From assembly GCA_013239625.1 (NCBI GenBank), contig MU053881.1, forward strand, positions 7,153,957 through 7,217,956: a stretch of 64,000 bases of DNA. Reading direction: 5' to 3'. The notes below the pieces were generated by a model. It had not been told where the DNA came from. It searched no databases and saw only the letters and a list, made by a program, of their open reading frames with translations. Positions 62,627 to 64,000 of the stretch are shown piece by piece. The stretch is from Lama guanicoe. Lineage: Eukaryota. The stretch's first letter is position 1; each line of letters begins with the position of its first letter. A program made the position numbers and the translations under genes.

Positions 62627-64000
62627 CTGCGTGTGTTCATATATGTTGGCCAATATCTTAGCACCTAAGATAAAGGCTGCAGCCTTATGCTAGAAAAATG
62701 TGTTTTCTGTATAGGTCCTTTATTATTATGAAAAAACACACAAACACTATAGAAAATTTAGCAAACATATGAAAGCATGAATAACAAAGTAAAAAACTAG
62801 CTTCCCACCTAGGCACGTCATGTTTAAAACCAAATAGCTCTCAACCTGAATCACCCTCAGCCTGGTTTTCCTACCCAGTCCTACGCTTGCACAAACAGAG
62901 GAGGTGACAGAGACGGGCACGGTCTGGTGGCGAACAGCACAGAGAGCCAGAGAGCCTGCGTGAGAACTCTAGTTCTGATAGGTGGGGGCTCTGTGTCTTC
63001 AGGCAAGAGATTTAGCCTCTCTAATCACAGTTTCCATGTCTGTAAAACAGAGTCTAATTATATCTGCAGAGTAAGACTGACAGGAGAGAGCCACAACTTA
63101 GTGGCTGCTGTGACAATAAGCTTTATATACGTATTTGTTAAGTAAAAGGGATACCCAACTGCAACACACAAATTCCAAGCTCCCTTCCAAATGATTTCCT
63201 TTGGAAGAACTACAGGAATATATCAGATACATAAAAAAAGATAGGTTATTTCCAATCACACATCTCTGTGGAATGCGTTGGTACAATTTAAGGAAGGCAC
63301 AGAGGGTTAGGTTCTGGTTTCAGCTCTGCTAGGTATTAGCTGTGTGACCACACACAAATCACTTAACCTCTCTGAGCACGTGAGTCTGTAACCTGAGATA
63401 ACTCTGCCAGCCTAGGAGGATACTATAAAGAGTAAAATTCTTAACTGTTAAGGGTTGATTTACTCATTCCTGTTACTATTATGAAAGTAATAGCCAATAT
63501 CAACCTTATCATGATAATTAAACATATCAGGCCTGGTCCCAGATGTAACACTAAGTTCATTAAGAAAGCCCTGACTTGACAAGGTGCACTAGTTCCAGAT
63601 CATCCATCTAACAGAGTCAGCTTGTTTTGAATCTGAATATAATCACTGACATGATTTTTATTTACCATTATTTCTTGGCATTCCAGGTGAATGCTATTAT
63701 GGTTCTACTTGCATGAATTAGGCATCATGTTCTCTGAGGCTCTACCTCTTAAGCCATAAAATGGTAGGATTCACTCCTCGGAAGCAACAGATACCTTAGG
63801 CAATGCAGACACTTGACTGGAATTCTCTCTGGAAAGCCACCTTCTAAAGCTGCACCCCAGCTACGCAAATGCTGAAGGCTGATGTTACTGCAATTTGTGT
63901 TAGCATTTTTTTCCTCAAAAGCAGAATAAAATTAAAGCTAAAGAAATGAGTGAACTGAATAGAAAGGTCATTGGGGTTACAGCAAAGCTCTCAAATAGTA

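Larger units (their letters stand above)
9414..64000 (-). other. DOCK2: 3' portion of the giant DOCK2 intron (phase 0) preceding the SHFVAC exon
   Basis: No further DOCK2-like coding exon was recognised in over 54 kb upstream of the acceptor at 9414-9415. This fits the known large DOCK2 intron hosting INSYN2B/FAM196B. Confidence 0.85.

Overview
This is mammalian genomic DNA, almost entirely intronic. Two minus-strand coding exons (9315-9413, 99 nt; 6649-6743, 95 nt) have canonical AG/GT boundaries and splice in frame to [64 protein letters not shown](R). I recognise this as DOCK2 (human exons about 28-29, numbering from memory). Positions 9414-64000 are the 3' part of the very large DOCK2 intron that in mammals hosts the antisense nested gene INSYN2B (FAM196B). 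A plus-strand first-exon candidate with a strong donor (AAG|GTAAGA, 11770/11771) sits about 2.3 kb from the DOCK2 exon. The rest is old mammal-wide repeats (MIR, L2, hAT MITEs, one MLT1 LTR), microsatellites and repeat-free candidate regulatory blocks. One tRNA-derived SINE with TSDs looks like the camelid Vic-1 family, suggesting a camel, alpaca or llama genome. I see no convincing new biological system. The best leads are a frame-preserving cryptic DOCK2 exon candidate (53539-53646), an RE1/REST-like site and several RFX X-boxes. Repeat family names come from recognition by eye, and their boundaries are approximate.
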